A stretch of 32,000 nucleotides of DNA from Candidatus Saccharimonadota bacterium (GTDB lineage Bacteria; Pseudomonadota; Gammaproteobacteria; Enterobacterales; Enterobacteriaceae), in the NCBI GenBank assembly GCA_049942965.1, contig CP188088.1:420001-452000 (forward strand), in the 5' to 3' direction. Below are positions 7,631 through 18,017 of this stretch, piece after piece; position 1 is the stretch's first letter; every line of letters starts with the position of its first letter. Position numbers and translations under genes: made by a program. The notes under the pieces are model-generated. The model was given only the letters and a program-made list of their open reading frames with translations, was not told the origin of the DNA and did no database searches.

Positions 7631-8950
7631 TTGATTAAAAATATTGTTGAAAAATATAAAAAAAATAAATTTTTAATTGCATTTAGTGGAGGAGTAGATT
7701 CCATAGTTTTACTACATAAGTTTATATTTCTAAAAAAAAAAAACAGAAAAATTAAATTTAGAGCCATTCACATTAATCATGCTGTACAAAAAGAATCGTA
7801 CAATTGGAGTCAATTTTGCAAAAATGTATGCAAAAAACAAAAAGTAGAAATCACGATAAAAAAAATAAAAAACATCTGCTTTAAAAAAAATGGATTAGAA
7901 GCTAATCTAAGAAAACAAAGATATAAAAAAATAAAAGAAGAACTAAAAAAAGATGAAATTTTATTAACAGCACATAATTTAGACGATCAATGTGAAACAT
8001 TTTTTTTAGCTTTAAAACGAGGAAGTGGTCCAACTGGACTTTCATCTATGCCTTATAAAAAAAAAATTGGAAAAAATTTACATCTTAGACCATTTTTAGA
8101 AATAACAAAAAAAAAAATAATTCAATGGGCTATTAAAAATAATCTATCTTGGATAGAAGATCCATCTAACCAAGATACAAAAAATGATAGAAACTTTATA
8201 AGAAAAAAAATAATTCCATTGTTTGAATCTAGATGGTATTTTTTTAAAAATACCTGTTATAGAAGTATTCAACTTTGTGCCGAAGAAAAAAAATTATTAG
8301 AAATAACAACAAAAAAACAAATAAATAAAAAAATTAATAAAGATAAATCCCTAAATATACATGGATTTAAAAACCTAAAAAAATCTTTTATAAATTTAAT
8401 TTTAAGATATTGGATTTCTTTACATAAAAAAAAGAAACCATCATTTAAAATAATGAAACAAATATATGAAAAAGTAATTTTAATGCCAAAAAAAACAAAT
8501 CCTGTTTTATTATTTAATAAATATAAAATTTGTAGATACAAATATTCCATTTACATAATAGAAAAAAAAAAAGATAATAAAAATATAATTTTATTTTGGA
8601 AAAATACAAATATACCACTTATATTACCAAATAAATTAGGTCTACTAAAAAAAAACAGATCTTTCAGCAAAGCAGAAAATAGAATACCAATAAGCGATGA
8701 AGAAGAACTAACAATTAACATTCGATTTTTAGTTGAAAACCAAAAAATCTTTTATATAAAAAAAAATAAAAAAACAACAATTAAAAAATTTTGGAATGAA
8801 AATAATATACCAATTTGGGAAAGAACTAAAATTCCATTTTTATATTATAATAATAAATTTATTATAGCATTAAACTATTTTTCATCCTTTAAAAAAGATA
8901 AAATAAAAAAAAATACTTGGAGCATTTGTTGGGAACAAAACAAAATTTAA
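7631..8950 (+). CDS. tilS: tRNA(Ile)-lysidine synthase
   Basis: 439-aa ORF with a TTG start and no in-frame ATG nearby. It has the PP-loop motif (AFSGGVDS) and the conserved LLTAHNLDDQCETFFLALKRGSGPTGL and WIEDPSNQD..DRNFIR blocks that match TilS/MesJ. Confidence 0.9.
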   Translation: MIKNIVEKYKKNKFLIAFSGGVDSIVLLHKFIFLKKKNRKIKFRAIHINHAVQKESYNWSQFCKNVCKKQKVEITIKKIKNICFKKNGLEANLRKQRYKKIKEELKKDEILLTAHNLDDQCETFFLALKRGSGPTGLSSMPYKKKIGKNLHLRPFLEITKKKIIQWAIKNNLSWIEDPSNQDTKNDRNFIRKKIIPLFESRWYFFKNTCYRSIQLCAEEKKLLEITTKKQINKKINKDKSLNIHGFKNLKKSFINLILRYWISLHKKKKPSFKIMKQIYEKVILMPKKTNPVLLFNKYKICRYKYSIYIIEKKKDNKNIILFWKNTNIPLILPNKLGLLKKNRSFSKAENRIPISDEEELTINIRFLVENQKIFYIKKNKKTTIKKFWNENNIPIWERTKIPFLYYNNKFIIALNYFSSFKKDKIKKNTWSICWEQNKI

Positions 8951-8998
8951 AAAAATTTAAATATTTTTTGAAATTTACCACTAATAACATCAACATGT

Positions 8999-10642
8999 TT
9001 ATTTTTTAAATAACAAATGAACCATATTTTTATCTAATTTTGAATAAATCGGAGAAAAATAAGAAATTTTGTGATTTAATAAAGGAGTACTTATGTTTTC
9101 CCAAGATAGTTTTGTATTTAAAAAACGTTCTGTCGTTTTAGCTAATACAGTTGTAATAGGTTTTAAATAAATCATTAAAACACGAAAAATATTTATTCCT
9201 GTTGTACAAATCAACTGAGCTTCTTTTATATTACAATCACCAGAATTATTCGATTTAACTATTTCCCAAGGTTTTTTCAAATTAACATATTTATTTCCTA
9301 AATTAGCTAAAGAAATAACTAAAATAATTGCTTTCTTATATTCTCGATTAAGAATTAGATTTAAAAAATCTTCACTAGCATTAATTACTTTATTATATAT
9401 TCTATTATCAATAGAATCAGATAAAATATTAGAAAAATAAGCACTTATTATTTTACCAGTTCTCGTTGCTAAATTAACTACTTTATTTACTAAATCAGAA
9501 TTTACTTTCTGTATTATTTCTATTAAATTAACTTCAATATCTTCAATTTTAGAAGATAATTTGGAAGCATAAAAATAACGAATACTATCTGAATCAAAGT
9601 ATTTAATCCAATCTTTTGCTAATATTGCTGATCCTTTAGATTTAGAAATTTTTTGACCTTTAATAGTAACATAACCATGAACAAAAATTTTTGTAGGTTT
9701 TCTAAAACCACTTCCTTCTAGTATTGCTGGCCAAAATAAACTATGAAAATAAATTATATCTTTTCCAATAAAATGATACAAGTAACTATCATTGCTATTC
9801 CAATATTCTTTAAAAGAAATATGTGTTTTTTTTTCACAAAATTTTCTAAAACAACTTATATAACCTATAGGTGCATCAAACCAAACATAAAAATATTTCT
9901 TTGAAAAATCAGGAATTTTAAATCCAAAATAAGGATAATCTCTTGAAATGTTCCATTCTTTTAATCCAGTAGCAAACCATTCTTTAGTTTTATTTAATAC
10001 AGAATCAGATAATACTCCAGAATTAATCCAATTAATCAACATATCTTTAAAAGCAGGTAAATCAAAAAACAAATGCTTCGAACGACGTAAAACAGGTTTG
10101 CTTTTAGATAAACAAGAAATAGGATTAATTAGTTCATGTGCTTCATAAATAGAACTACATACCTCACAATTATCTCCAAACTGATTAGAAGAAAAACAAA
10201 CTGGACAACTCCCTAATATCAATCTATCAGGTAAAAAAATATTTTCTTGCAAATCATACATTTGTAAAATATGTCTCTTTTTTATAAATCCTTTTTTCAT
10301 GAGGGAAAAAAAAATTTTCTTTACAAAATGATAATTTTCTTTAGTATGTGTAGAAGAATAATAATCATGTGAAATATCAAAACAAGAAAAATCTTTTTTA
10401 TGTTCTTCTAGAATTAAAGACACAAATTTTTCTGGAATTATTTTTTTTTTTTTAGATTGCAACATAATAGCTGTACCATGACTATCGTCTGAACAAATAA
10501 ACCATACTATATTCCCCTGCATTCTTTGAAAACGAACCCAAATATCTGCTTGAATTTGTTCTAATAAATGACCTAAATGAATAGAACCATTTGCATATGG
10601 AAAAGCACAAGTTACTAAAATTTTTTTTTTGACTTTCAACAT
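8999..10642 (-). CDS. metG: Methionyl-tRNA synthetase, short form lacking the C-terminal appended domain
   Basis: 547-aa ORF with an ATG start. It has HIGH (SIHLGHL), KMSKS (KISKSKG) and zinc knuckles (CPVC..CEVC). Confidence 0.95.
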   Translation of the reverse strand: MLKVKKKILVTCAFPYANGSIHLGHLLEQIQADIWVRFQRMQGNIVWFICSDDSHGTAIMLQSKKKKIIPEKFVSLILEEHKKDFSCFDISHDYYSSTHTKENYHFVKKIFFSLMKKGFIKKRHILQMYDLQENIFLPDRLILGSCPVCFSSNQFGDNCEVCSSIYEAHELINPISCLSKSKPVLRRSKHLFFDLPAFKDMLINWINSGVLSDSVLNKTKEWFATGLKEWNISRDYPYFGFKIPDFSKKYFYVWFDAPIGYISCFRKFCEKKTHISFKEYWNSNDSYLYHFIGKDIIYFHSLFWPAILEGSGFRKPTKIFVHGYVTIKGQKISKSKGSAILAKDWIKYFDSDSIRYFYASKLSSKIEDIEVNLIEIIQKVNSDLVNKVVNLATRTGKIISAYFSNILSDSIDNRIYNKVINASEDFLNLILNREYKKAIILVISLANLGNKYVNLKKPWEIVKSNNSGDCNIKEAQLICTTGINIFRVLMIYLKPITTVLAKTTERFLNTKLSWENISTPLLNHKISYFSPIYSKLDKNMVHLLFKK

Positions 10643-10789
10643 ATATACATTCTCCTAAAAGAATAAATTTAAAAAAATAAAATAAAAATATTCTTTTTAA
10701 ATAAAAAAAAATAAAAAAATTATTTTTTCAAATTATTAATTTGAAATTTAAATAAAAACGTAAAGATCTAATTGTAAACTAATATTTTT

Positions 10790-11365
10790 TTAATCTATTC
10801 TGTTTAGTTGAATATTTGATTGATTAAAATACTTAGTACTAGAACGAATATTATATGGCCTAACTGAAATACTAGATAAAATTTCAAAGCTAATAGCTCC
10901 TATTAACATTCCAGGTTTTAAAGCTAAAGTAACTTTTCCACAATTAAAAAATTCTAATACAATTTTTCCTTTCCAACCAGGATCTATCCTATGTGCAGTA
11001 GCATGTACCATTAAACCTAATCTAGCTAAGGAAGAACGACCATCCAACCAACCAATCAAATTATTTGGTAAAATTATTTTTTCTTTAGTAATAGCAAGTG
11101 ATAAAGATTTAGGTGGCAAATAAAAAAAATCATTATTTGATAAAACAATTTCTGAACTCATAACTTTATCTTTATAAGCATTGATTACATTATTAGAACC
11201 ACTTAAATCAATAAAAGGCAAAGAATGATCTTTAAAAACCCTAAATTGATTTCCTAATTTTAAATCTATTGTTGCTCCATTTATAAATTTTTTTTTAGGA
11301 GTAGGAATTACTTGTAACCACCCTTTATCTAACCATATTTCAATATCTTTATCTGATAATCTCAT
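10790..11365 (-). CDS. dcd: dCTP deaminase
   Basis: The track ORF runs 10790-11512, but homology starts at the internal ATG (cat at 11363-11365). [17 protein letters not shown] matches my recollection of the E. coli Dcd start MRLCDRDIEAWLDEGRL. The resulting 191 aa compare with about 193 aa in E. coli. [27 protein letters not shown] is conserved. Confidence 0.9.
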   Translation of the reverse strand: MRLSDKDIEIWLDKGWLQVIPTPKKKFINGATIDLKLGNQFRVFKDHSLPFIDLSGSNNVINAYKDKVMSSEIVLSNNDFFYLPPKSLSLAITKEKIILPNNLIGWLDGRSSLARLGLMVHATAHRIDPGWKGKIVLEFFNCGKVTLALKPGMLIGAISFEILSSISVRPYNIRSSTKYFNQSNIQLNRID

Positions 11366-11458
11366 AATTATTTCCAAAAGAACTATATTGAATAAATTAA
11401 GATTAATAAAAAATGTCTTTTGTTGAAATTTTAAATATACATTGTTGGTTAAAAAACT

Positions 11459-11486
11459 AATAGAGATGCTGACAAGCATCTCTATT
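11459..11486 (-). terminator. Candidate rho-independent terminator downstream of gnd
   Basis: A perfect 11-bp stem (11459-11469 pairs with 11476-11486) has core TAGAGATGC/GCATCTCTA and a 6-nt loop tgacaa. On the minus strand it is followed by AGTTTTTT. It lies 97 bp downstream of the gnd stop. Confidence 0.5.
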
Positions 11487-11582
11487 TCTAAACATAGAAA
11501 TAAAAATCTCAAAAAAAGAAAAATAAAATTATTTTTACTTTACAACATTTACGTAAAAAAAATAAACCAAAATTTTTAAAAA

Positions 11583-12992
11583 TTAATTATTCCATTTCGT
11601 GTGTTGTATTCCTTCTACATCAACTCTTCGATAAGTATGTGCACCAAAATAATCTCTCTGAGCCTGTATTAAATTAGTAGGTAATAACTTACTTCTATAA
11701 CTATCATAATATGATATTGCAGAAGAAAAAGTAGGTATAGGAATACCTTCTAAAATAGAAAAAGAAACTATTTCTCTTAAAGATTGTTGATATTTATTAG
11801 CAATTTTTTGAAAATAAGGGGTTAATAATAAATTAAATATTTTTTTATTGTTTTTATAAGAATCTATTATTTTATGTAAAAATTTAGCTCTAATTATACA
11901 ACCAGATCTAAAAATTTTAGCAATATTTTCATATTTTAAATCCCATGAATATTTTTCTGAAGCAGTTCTTAGTTGAGAAAAACCTTGTGCATAAGAAATT
12001 ATTTTTCCTAAATACAAAGCTTTTCTAATTTTTTCAATAAAATTATTTTTATTTTTTAAAGAATTAATTTTATTTGGTCCAAACAACTTTTTTGAAGCAA
12101 TCATTCTTTGAGATTTTAAAGATGAAATATATCTAAAAAAAACAGATTCTGTAATCAAGGTTAATGGCTCATTTAATTCTAATGCACTTTGACTTGTCCA
12201 AGTTCCAGTTCCTTTGTTTTCTGCTTGATCTGAAATAAAATCTACTAAATATTTTCCATTGTTATCTTTAGTAACTAAAATATTTTTAGTAATTTCTATT
12301 AAATAACTATTTAATTCTCCTTTATTCCATTCCGAAAATGTATTTGATAAATCTCTATTATTCATTCCTACTACTTTTTTAAGTAATAAATATGCTTCAG
12401 CAATTAGCTGCATATCGCTATATTCAATTCCGTTATGGACCATTTTAACGTAATGCCCTGATCCACTTGGTCCGATATATTTTACACAAGGATCACCATC
12501 ATAATTAGCTGATATTTTATTAAAAATTTTAGATAAAATATCATATGCACTCTTATCGCCACTTGGCATAATAGCAGGTCCTTTTAAAGCCCCTTCTTCT
12601 CCTCCAGAAATTCCAGCTCCTATAAATCTAATTCCTAGTTTTGATAATTCAATGCATCGACGATTCGTGTCTTTGTAAAAAGAATTACCACCATCAATTA
12701 AAATATCTCCTTTCATCAAAAAAGGAACAATTAAATTAATTGTTTCATCTGTTGCTATTCCAGCCTGAATCATTAATAAAATTTTACGTGGAGAAGACAA
12801 AGATAAAACAAAATCTTGTATTTTATAATAAGGAAAAATTTTTGAATTAGGGTTTTTTTTAATTAAAATTTTAGTTTTTTCTTTTGATCTGTTATAAACA
12901 GATACAGAATAACCACAATTAGAAATATTTAAAGCTAAATTTCCGCCCATTACTGATAAACCAACTATACCAATTTGGTTTCCTTGACTCAT
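11583..12992 (-). CDS. gnd: 6-phosphogluconate dehydrogenase, decarboxylating
   Basis: 469-aa ORF with an ATG start preceded by GGGAG. It has an N-terminal Rossmann motif ([16 protein letters not shown]) and is full-length collinear with Gnd (..[16 protein letters not shown]..). Confidence 0.95.
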   Translation of the reverse strand: MSQGNQIGIVGLSVMGGNLALNISNCGYSVSVYNRSKEKTKILIKKNPNSKIFPYYKIQDFVLSLSSPRKILLMIQAGIATDETINLIVPFLMKGDILIDGGNSFYKDTNRRCIELSKLGIRFIGAGISGGEEGALKGPAIMPSGDKSAYDILSKIFNKISANYDGDPCVKYIGPSGSGHYVKMVHNGIEYSDMQLIAEAYLLLKKVVGMNNRDLSNTFSEWNKGELNSYLIEITKNILVTKDNNGKYLVDFISDQAENKGTGTWTSQSALELNEPLTLITESVFFRYISSLKSQRMIASKKLFGPNKINSLKNKNNFIEKIRKALYLGKIISYAQGFSQLRTASEKYSWDLKYENIAKIFRSGCIIRAKFLHKIIDSYKNNKKIFNLLLTPYFQKIANKYQQSLREIVSFSILEGIPIPTFSSAISYYDSYRSKLLPTNLIQAQRDYFGAHTYRRVDVEGIQHTKWNN

Positions 12993-13149
12993 TATTTATC
13001 TCCCTAAAAAAATAAATTTTTATAAAAAATCTAATTAAATAAGTGTTCATTTTTTGTTTAAAACTTTATTAATAATTAATTTTTATTTATTAAGATTTAA
13101 AAATTCAATCGAAAAAATAAAAATAAAATTAAACTTAAAAAATACATAA

Positions 13150-13782
13150 CTATCCTTTCATGAAATTATTTCTATTTTTTAATTTTTTTAAAACATCAAA
13201 AAAAGTTAATTTTTGATTGCTTAATAGAACTAATAGATGGTATAATAAATCAGATGATTCATTAATTATTTCTTCCTTATTATTTGACACTGAAGCTAAT
13301 GATGTTTCAACTGCTTCTTCTGCTAATTTTTGTGCTATTCTATTTGTACCATTTTTAAACAAAAGGTATGTATAAGATTCCTTTTTTTTTTTATTTTTTC
13401 TATTTTCTATAATTTTTTCTAATTCATATAAAAATGAAAATATAATTTTTCCAGAATTAAAAAAACAACTTTTTTTATTTAAATGACAAGTTTCTCCTAT
13501 AGGATTAGATAGAATCAACAAGGTATCTTTATCACAGTCAAGTATATAATCAATTACTTTTAAAAAATTTCCAGAACTCTCTCCCTTAATCCATAAGCGT
13601 TTTTTTTTTCGAGAAAAAAACGTAACTAACTTAGTTGATATTGTTTTTTCCAATGCTATATTATTCATATAACCATGCATTAATACTTCACCAGAAAAAT
13701 AATTCTGAACAATAGCTGGCAACATTCCATTTATTTTTTCCCAATTTACATTTAATTTATTTTTTTTAGATAAAAATGTCAT
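13150..13782 (-). CDS. hisI: Bifunctional phosphoribosyl-AMP cyclohydrolase / phosphoribosyl-ATP pyrophosphatase
   Basis: 210-aa [24 protein letters not shown] and DCDKDTLL mark the cyclohydrolase half; [22 protein letters not shown] and [13 protein letters not shown] mark the pyrophosphatase half. Its start overlaps the hisF stop (ATGA). Confidence 0.95.
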   Translation of the reverse strand: MTFLSKKNKLNVNWEKINGMLPAIVQNYFSGEVLMHGYMNNIALEKTISTKLVTFFSRKKKRLWIKGESSGNFLKVIDYILDCDKDTLLILSNPIGETCHLNKKSCFFNSGKIIFSFLYELEKIIENRKNKKKKESYTYLLFKNGTNRIAQKLAEEAVETSLASVSNNKEEIINESSDLLYHLLVLLSNQKLTFFDVLKKLKNRNNFMKG

Positions 13783-14552
13783 TTTCTAATCTCCAATTCA
13801 AGTTCTAACAATTTTTTTTTTAAGGTCTTTATATTTAATATTTTTTTATGAAACACCGAAGCAGCTAAAGCTCCATCAACTTTAGAGATTTTAAAAACAT
13901 TATAAAAATCAAATATAGAACCAGCTCCTCCAGAAGCAATTAACGGAACCTTACAAAATTTTCGAATTTTAGCAAGTTGAACAAGATCATATCCTTTTCT
14001 CAATCCATCAGCATTCATAACATTGAGAACTATTTCTCCAGCTCCTAACAATTGCACTTGTTTTACCCAATCAAAAACATTCCAAGTAGTCTTTCTTTTT
14101 TTTTTATCACTTCCAGTAAATTGATACACCTTGTATTTTTTAGATTTTTCATCAAACCAAGAATCAATTCCAACTACTAAACATTGACTTCCAAATCGAT
14201 CTGCTATTCTAGAAATTAAGTTTGGGTTTTCAATAGCGGGGGAATTTATTGATATTTTATCTGCTCCAAAGGACAAAATCTCTTGAACATCTTTCAAGCT
14301 TTTTATCCCTCCTGCAACACAAAATGGAATGTCAATTATTTCTGCTATTTTAGTAATCCATTTTTTTTCTACTAAAGAATTGCATACTGAAGCTGAAATA
14401 TCATAAAACACTAATTCATCTGCTCCTTCATTTAAATAACGAATTACTAATGGAATTATTTCTCCAATTATTTTATGTGATTGAAATTGTATCCCTTTTA
14501 CCACTTTTCCGTTCAATACATCTAAACACGGAATTATCCTTTTTGCCAACAT
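13779..14552 (-). CDS. hisF: Imidazole glycerol phosphate synthase, cyclase subunit
   Basis: 257-aa ORF beginning [12 protein letters not shown], as is typical of HisF, followed by a (beta/alpha)8 barrel. It overlaps the hisA 3' end by 19 nt. Confidence 0.95.
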   Translation of the reverse strand: MLAKRIIPCLDVLNGKVVKGIQFQSHKIIGEIIPLVIRYLNEGADELVFYDISASVCNSLVEKKWITKIAEIIDIPFCVAGGIKSLKDVQEILSFGADKISINSPAIENPNLISRIADRFGSQCLVVGIDSWFDEKSKKYKVYQFTGSDKKKRKTTWNVFDWVKQVQLLGAGEIVLNVMNADGLRKGYDLVQLAKIRKFCKVPLIASGGAGSIFDFYNVFKISKVDGALAASVFHKKILNIKTLKKKLLELELEIRK

Positions 14553-15265
14553 TCAATAGCCTCCACAATAGTAAATCTTTCTTCTAAAAAACTTTTTCCT
14601 ATAATAATCTCGGATATTCCATTTTTTTTTAATTTTAAAATATCAGTTAAAGAACTAACACCCCCAGAGGATTGAAAACATAAATGTTTAAATGATAGAC
14701 ATAGTTCTTTATATAAATTAATATTAGGTCCTTTTAAAGTTCCATCTTTAGATATATCTGTACATAAAACATGTTTTAATCCAAAATCTTCATATTTTTT
14801 TAATAGATCTTCTAACACAAAATTGGTTTTTTTTTTCCAACCATTTATAAAAACTTTGTTTCCATCTGAAGTATTTATATCTATAGCTAAAACTATTGAT
14901 TCAGAACCATATCTAAATAACCAATCTTTTACGTTTTTCTCGTCTTCAATTACAGAAGAACCTAATACTACTCTTTTTATTCCATAAGAGAAATATTCTT
15001 CAATATCTTTTTCAGATCTGATTCCACCACCTATTTGTAAATCTATTTTTACTTTATTCAATATTGATTTAAAAAATTCCATTTGTTTATTTTTTGGATC
15101 TTTTGCTCCTTCCAAATCAACTAAATGAACATATTCCACTCCGTTTAACTTATATTTTTTTAACTCCTCAAACACATTTTTTTTATAGATTGTTTTTTTT
15201 TTATAATTTCCTTGAAATAAACGTACAACTTTTTTATTTAAAATATCCAATGAAGGAATTATCAT
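14534..15265 (-). CDS. hisA: ProFAR isomerase
   Basis: 243-aa ORF starting MIIPSLDI, with ..HLVDLEGA.. and ..GGGIRS.., typical of HisA. It sits between hisH and hisF. Confidence 0.9.
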   Translation of the reverse strand: MIIPSLDILNKKVVRLFQGNYKKKTIYKKNVFEELKKYKLNGVEYVHLVDLEGAKDPKNKQMEFFKSILNKVKIDLQIGGGIRSEKDIEEYFSYGIKRVVLGSSVIEDEKNVKDWLFRYGSESIVLAIDINTSDGNKVFINGWKKKTNFVLEDLLKKYEDFGLKHVLCTDISKDGTLKGPNINLYKELCLSFKHLCFQSSGGVSSLTDILKLKKNGISEIIIGKSFLEERFTIVEAIECWQKG

Positions 15266-15267
15266 AA

Positions 15268-15861
15268 TTAAAGTATCTCTAAAAAATTTTTTAATAACTG
15301 TAAACCTAAAATACTAGATTTTTCAGGATGAAATTGAACACCAAAAAAATTATCTTTTTGTATAGCTGAACTAAATTTTTGTCCGTAAAAAGAACTAGCA
15401 ATAGTAAATTGACAAACTGGAAAAGAATAACTATGCACAAAATAAAATCTAGATTTATTATTAATATTTTTAAATAATGGATGATTGTTTTGAATAAAAA
15501 CATTATTCCATCCAATGTGTGGAAGTGCTAATTCATTTGATTTTAGTAAAGATACTTTGGAATCAATAATTCCAAGCATTTCAATTCCATTAGATTCCAT
15601 ACTAAAAGAACTCAAAACTTGCATTCCTAAACATATTCCTAACATTGGACTTTTAATTTTTTTTATTGTTTTAATTAAATTAAATTTATTTAAACTTTGC
15701 ATAATAGATGATGCAGTACCAATTCCAGGAAAGATCACCCTATCAGCAGATAATATTTTATTAGAATCATGAGTAATTTCCGGACAGTAACCCAAGCGTT
15801 TAATTGACAATTTTACAGAAAGAAGATTAGAACAACCTGTGTCTAAAATTACAATTTTCAC
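15268..15861 (-). CDS. hisH: Imidazole glycerol phosphate synthase, glutamine amidotransferase subunit
   Basis: 197-aa ORF with a GTG start. It is a class I amidotransferase with nucleophile motif GICLGMQ and the C-terminal FGVQFHPEKS. Confidence 0.95.
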   Translation of the reverse strand: MKIVILDTGCSNLLSVKLSIKRLGYCPEITHDSNKILSADRVIFPGIGTASSIMQSLNKFNLIKTIKKIKSPMLGICLGMQVLSSFSMESNGIEMLGIIDSKVSLLKSNELALPHIGWNNVFIQNNHPLFKNINNKSRFYFVHSYSFPVCQFTIASSFYGQKFSSAIQKDNFFGVQFHPEKSSILGLQLLKNFLEIL

Positions 15862-15863
15862 AA

Positions 15864-16946
15864 TTATAAAGTTCCTTTTGAACTAGGTAAGTGATTATCA
15901 GTAATCTGTTTTGCCTGTTTTAAAACTATTCCAAAAGATTTAAACATACTTTCAGCAATGTGATGATCATTTTCTCCTTTAGCTTTTAAATGAATTGTAC
16001 ACATCATAGAATAAGAAACTGAACTAAAAAAATGTTTAATCATATCAGTACTTAAATCACCTATTTTTTGATATTTAAAAACTGATTCATAACATAAATA
16101 TGGTCTCCCCGACAAATCTAATATACAAGTGCTTATACTTTCATCCATTGGCAAAGTAAATCCGAATCGACCAATTCCAACCTTTTTATTCAAAGATCTT
16201 AAAAAAGCATTTCCAAAAGTTATAGCAGTGTCTTCTACAGTATGATGATCATCTACATGTATATCTCCTTTAGTAAAAACATTCATTTTAAATGCTCCAT
16301 GAACAGCAATTTGATCTAACATATGATCAAAAAATGGAATTCCAGTATTTATGTTACTTTTCCCAATTCGGTCTAACCATATTTCAACCAAAACTAATGA
16401 CTCATTAGTTTTTCTAACAAACTTACCATATCTATCCTTAGATAAAATAAGTTTTTTAGATATATTAGACCAATTATTTTTTTTAGAATGATATAATAAA
16501 CCAGTTATTCCAATATTTTTTGCAAATTCTATATCTGTGTTTCTATCACCAATAACGTAACAACTATTTTTAGATAAATGATTTCTTTTCAACCAATCTT
16601 TGACCAACCCTATTTTTGGTTTTCTACACAAACAATTTTCTTTTTCTTCATGTGGACAAATAAAAACTTTTTTAAAGAAAATGTTTTGAGATGAAAACGT
16701 ATCTATTATAAATTTTTGAACGTTGTTAAAACAAGACAAAGGAAATTTTTCTGTTCCTAATCCATCTTGATTAGTAATCATAATAAAACTATATCCATAG
16801 TTTTTTAATTGTATTAAAGATATAAATACTTCTTTTTCAAATTTAACCTTCTCTAAGTTATCAACTTGAAAATCAATTTTAGGTTCTTTTATTAAAGTTC
16901 CATCTCTATCAATAAATAAAATTTTTTTTAGTTTTTTTTTTTTCAT
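15864..16946 (-). CDS. hisB: Bifunctional histidinol-phosphatase / imidazoleglycerol-phosphate dehydratase
   Basis: 360-aa ORF. The N-terminal HAD phosphatase carries FIDRDGTL and the zinc-binding C..H..C.C. The C-terminal IGPD half carries the HHTVED and HH..E motifs. Confidence 0.95.
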   Translation of the reverse strand: MKKKKLKKILFIDRDGTLIKEPKIDFQVDNLEKVKFEKEVFISLIQLKNYGYSFIMITNQDGLGTEKFPLSCFNNVQKFIIDTFSSQNIFFKKVFICPHEEKENCLCRKPKIGLVKDWLKRNHLSKNSCYVIGDRNTDIEFAKNIGITGLLYHSKKNNWSNISKKLILSKDRYGKFVRKTNESLVLVEIWLDRIGKSNINTGIPFFDHMLDQIAVHGAFKMNVFTKGDIHVDDHHTVEDTAITFGNAFLRSLNKKVGIGRFGFTLPMDESISTCILDLSGRPYLCYESVFKYQKIGDLSTDMIKHFFSSVSYSMMCTIHLKAKGENDHHIAESMFKSFGIVLKQAKQITDNHLPSSKGTL

Positions 16947-16955
16947 TTTTATTTT

Positions 16956-18017
16956 CTATATTTTTATGTTTTTAATTACTTTTAAAAAAAATAAACATTC
17001 ACTACGAGTTCCAATAGAAATTCTAATACATCTCTGCAATCCATATTTTTCTGTTTGATTACGAACTACAATTCCTTTTTTTTTTAAAAAACTAATTACT
17101 AGTTCAAAACAATTAAACTTTACTAATAAAAAATTAGCAAAACTATCAAAAACCTTACTAACACAACTACATTTTTTTAATTCACTAAAAAGCCAATTCC
17201 TTGTCTCAATTAGTGAATTGATATAATTATTCATAAAAAAAATTTTTTGTTTTTTTAGAGAAGAAATAGCTATTTGTTCTACAGGTCCAGGTAATGGATA
17301 TGGAGCAATCACTTTAGATAATGTTCTTATAACTTCTGAATGAGATATTACGAAACCACATCTAATACTAGCTAACCCAAATGCTTTAGAAAGAGTTCGC
17401 AAAATTACTAAATTAGTGTACTTGGATAACAAAGATAAACAACTTCCATCAGGGAAAAATTCAATATATGCTTCATCGATAACTACTAAACTACGATCAA
17501 AACTAATCTCTAAAATTTTTTTTATATCATTAACTTTGATTAAATTTCCTGTTGGATTATTAGGATTACAAATATAAATTATTTTTACATTATTTATTTT
17601 TTTTTCAATATCTAAAATATTTAAATCCCAATTAGATAATCTAAAACACAATTTATTTTCAACATTAAATAATTGAGCACAAATTCTATACATATCATAT
17701 GTTGGAGGACATGTTATGATTGCATCAATTTTGGGCTCACAAAAAGCTCGAATTAATAATTCAATCCCTTCGTCAGCTCCTCTGGTAACTAATATTTGAT
17801 CTTTGTTACAACCAATATAACTAGAATAATATGAAATCAATTTTTTAGATTGAAATGGAGGATATCGATTTAAATTTTTAATGTTTTCTTTAAATAAAGT
17901 TGAAATTGGTAATTCGTTTGCATTTAACCAAATATCCCCACTTCCCCCTATACGACGAGCCGATTGATAAGGTTGAATATCTTTAATACTTTTTCGTACT
18001 AAATCTATAATTTTCAA
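16956..18017 (-). CDS. hisC: Histidinol-phosphate aminotransferase
   Basis: 353-aa ORF with a TTG start overlapping the hisD stop (TTGA). YQSARRIGG..WLNANE, GADEGIELLIRAFCEP and the PLP-lysine context LRTLSKAFGLA are collinear with my recollection of E. coli HisC. Confidence 0.95.
   Translation of the reverse strand: MKIIDLVRKSIKDIQPYQSARRIGGSGDIWLNANELPISTLFKENIKNLNRYPPFQSKKLISYYSSYIGCNKDQILVTRGADEGIELLIRAFCEPKIDAIITCPPTYDMYRICAQLFNVENKLCFRLSNWDLNILDIEKKINNVKIIYICNPNNPTGNLIKVNDIKKILEISFDRSLVVIDEAYIEFFPDGSCLSLLSKYTNLVILRTLSKAFGLASIRCGFVISHSEVIRTLSKVIAPYPLPGPVEQIAISSLKKQKIFFMNNYINSLIETRNWLFSELKKCSCVSKVFDSFANFLLVKFNCFELVISFLKKKGIVVRNQTEKYGLQRCIRISIGTRSECLFFLKVIKNIKI

Noticed and set aside
8269-8550. 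93-aa minus-strand ORF inside tilS
   Set aside because: Antisense shadow of tilS with a low-complexity product.
9948-10148. 66-aa + strand ORF inside metG
   Set aside because: Antisense shadow of metG.
11366-11512. 49-codon N-terminal extension of dcd in the ORF track ([20 protein letters not shown]...)
   Set aside because: It has no homology to Dcd. The homologous start MRLSDKDIE begins at the internal ATG (11365). The extension also runs through a terminator-like hairpin.
15306-15772. 69-aa (-) and 85-aa (+) ORFs inside hisH
   Set aside because: These are alternative-frame and antisense shadows of the conserved hisH gene.
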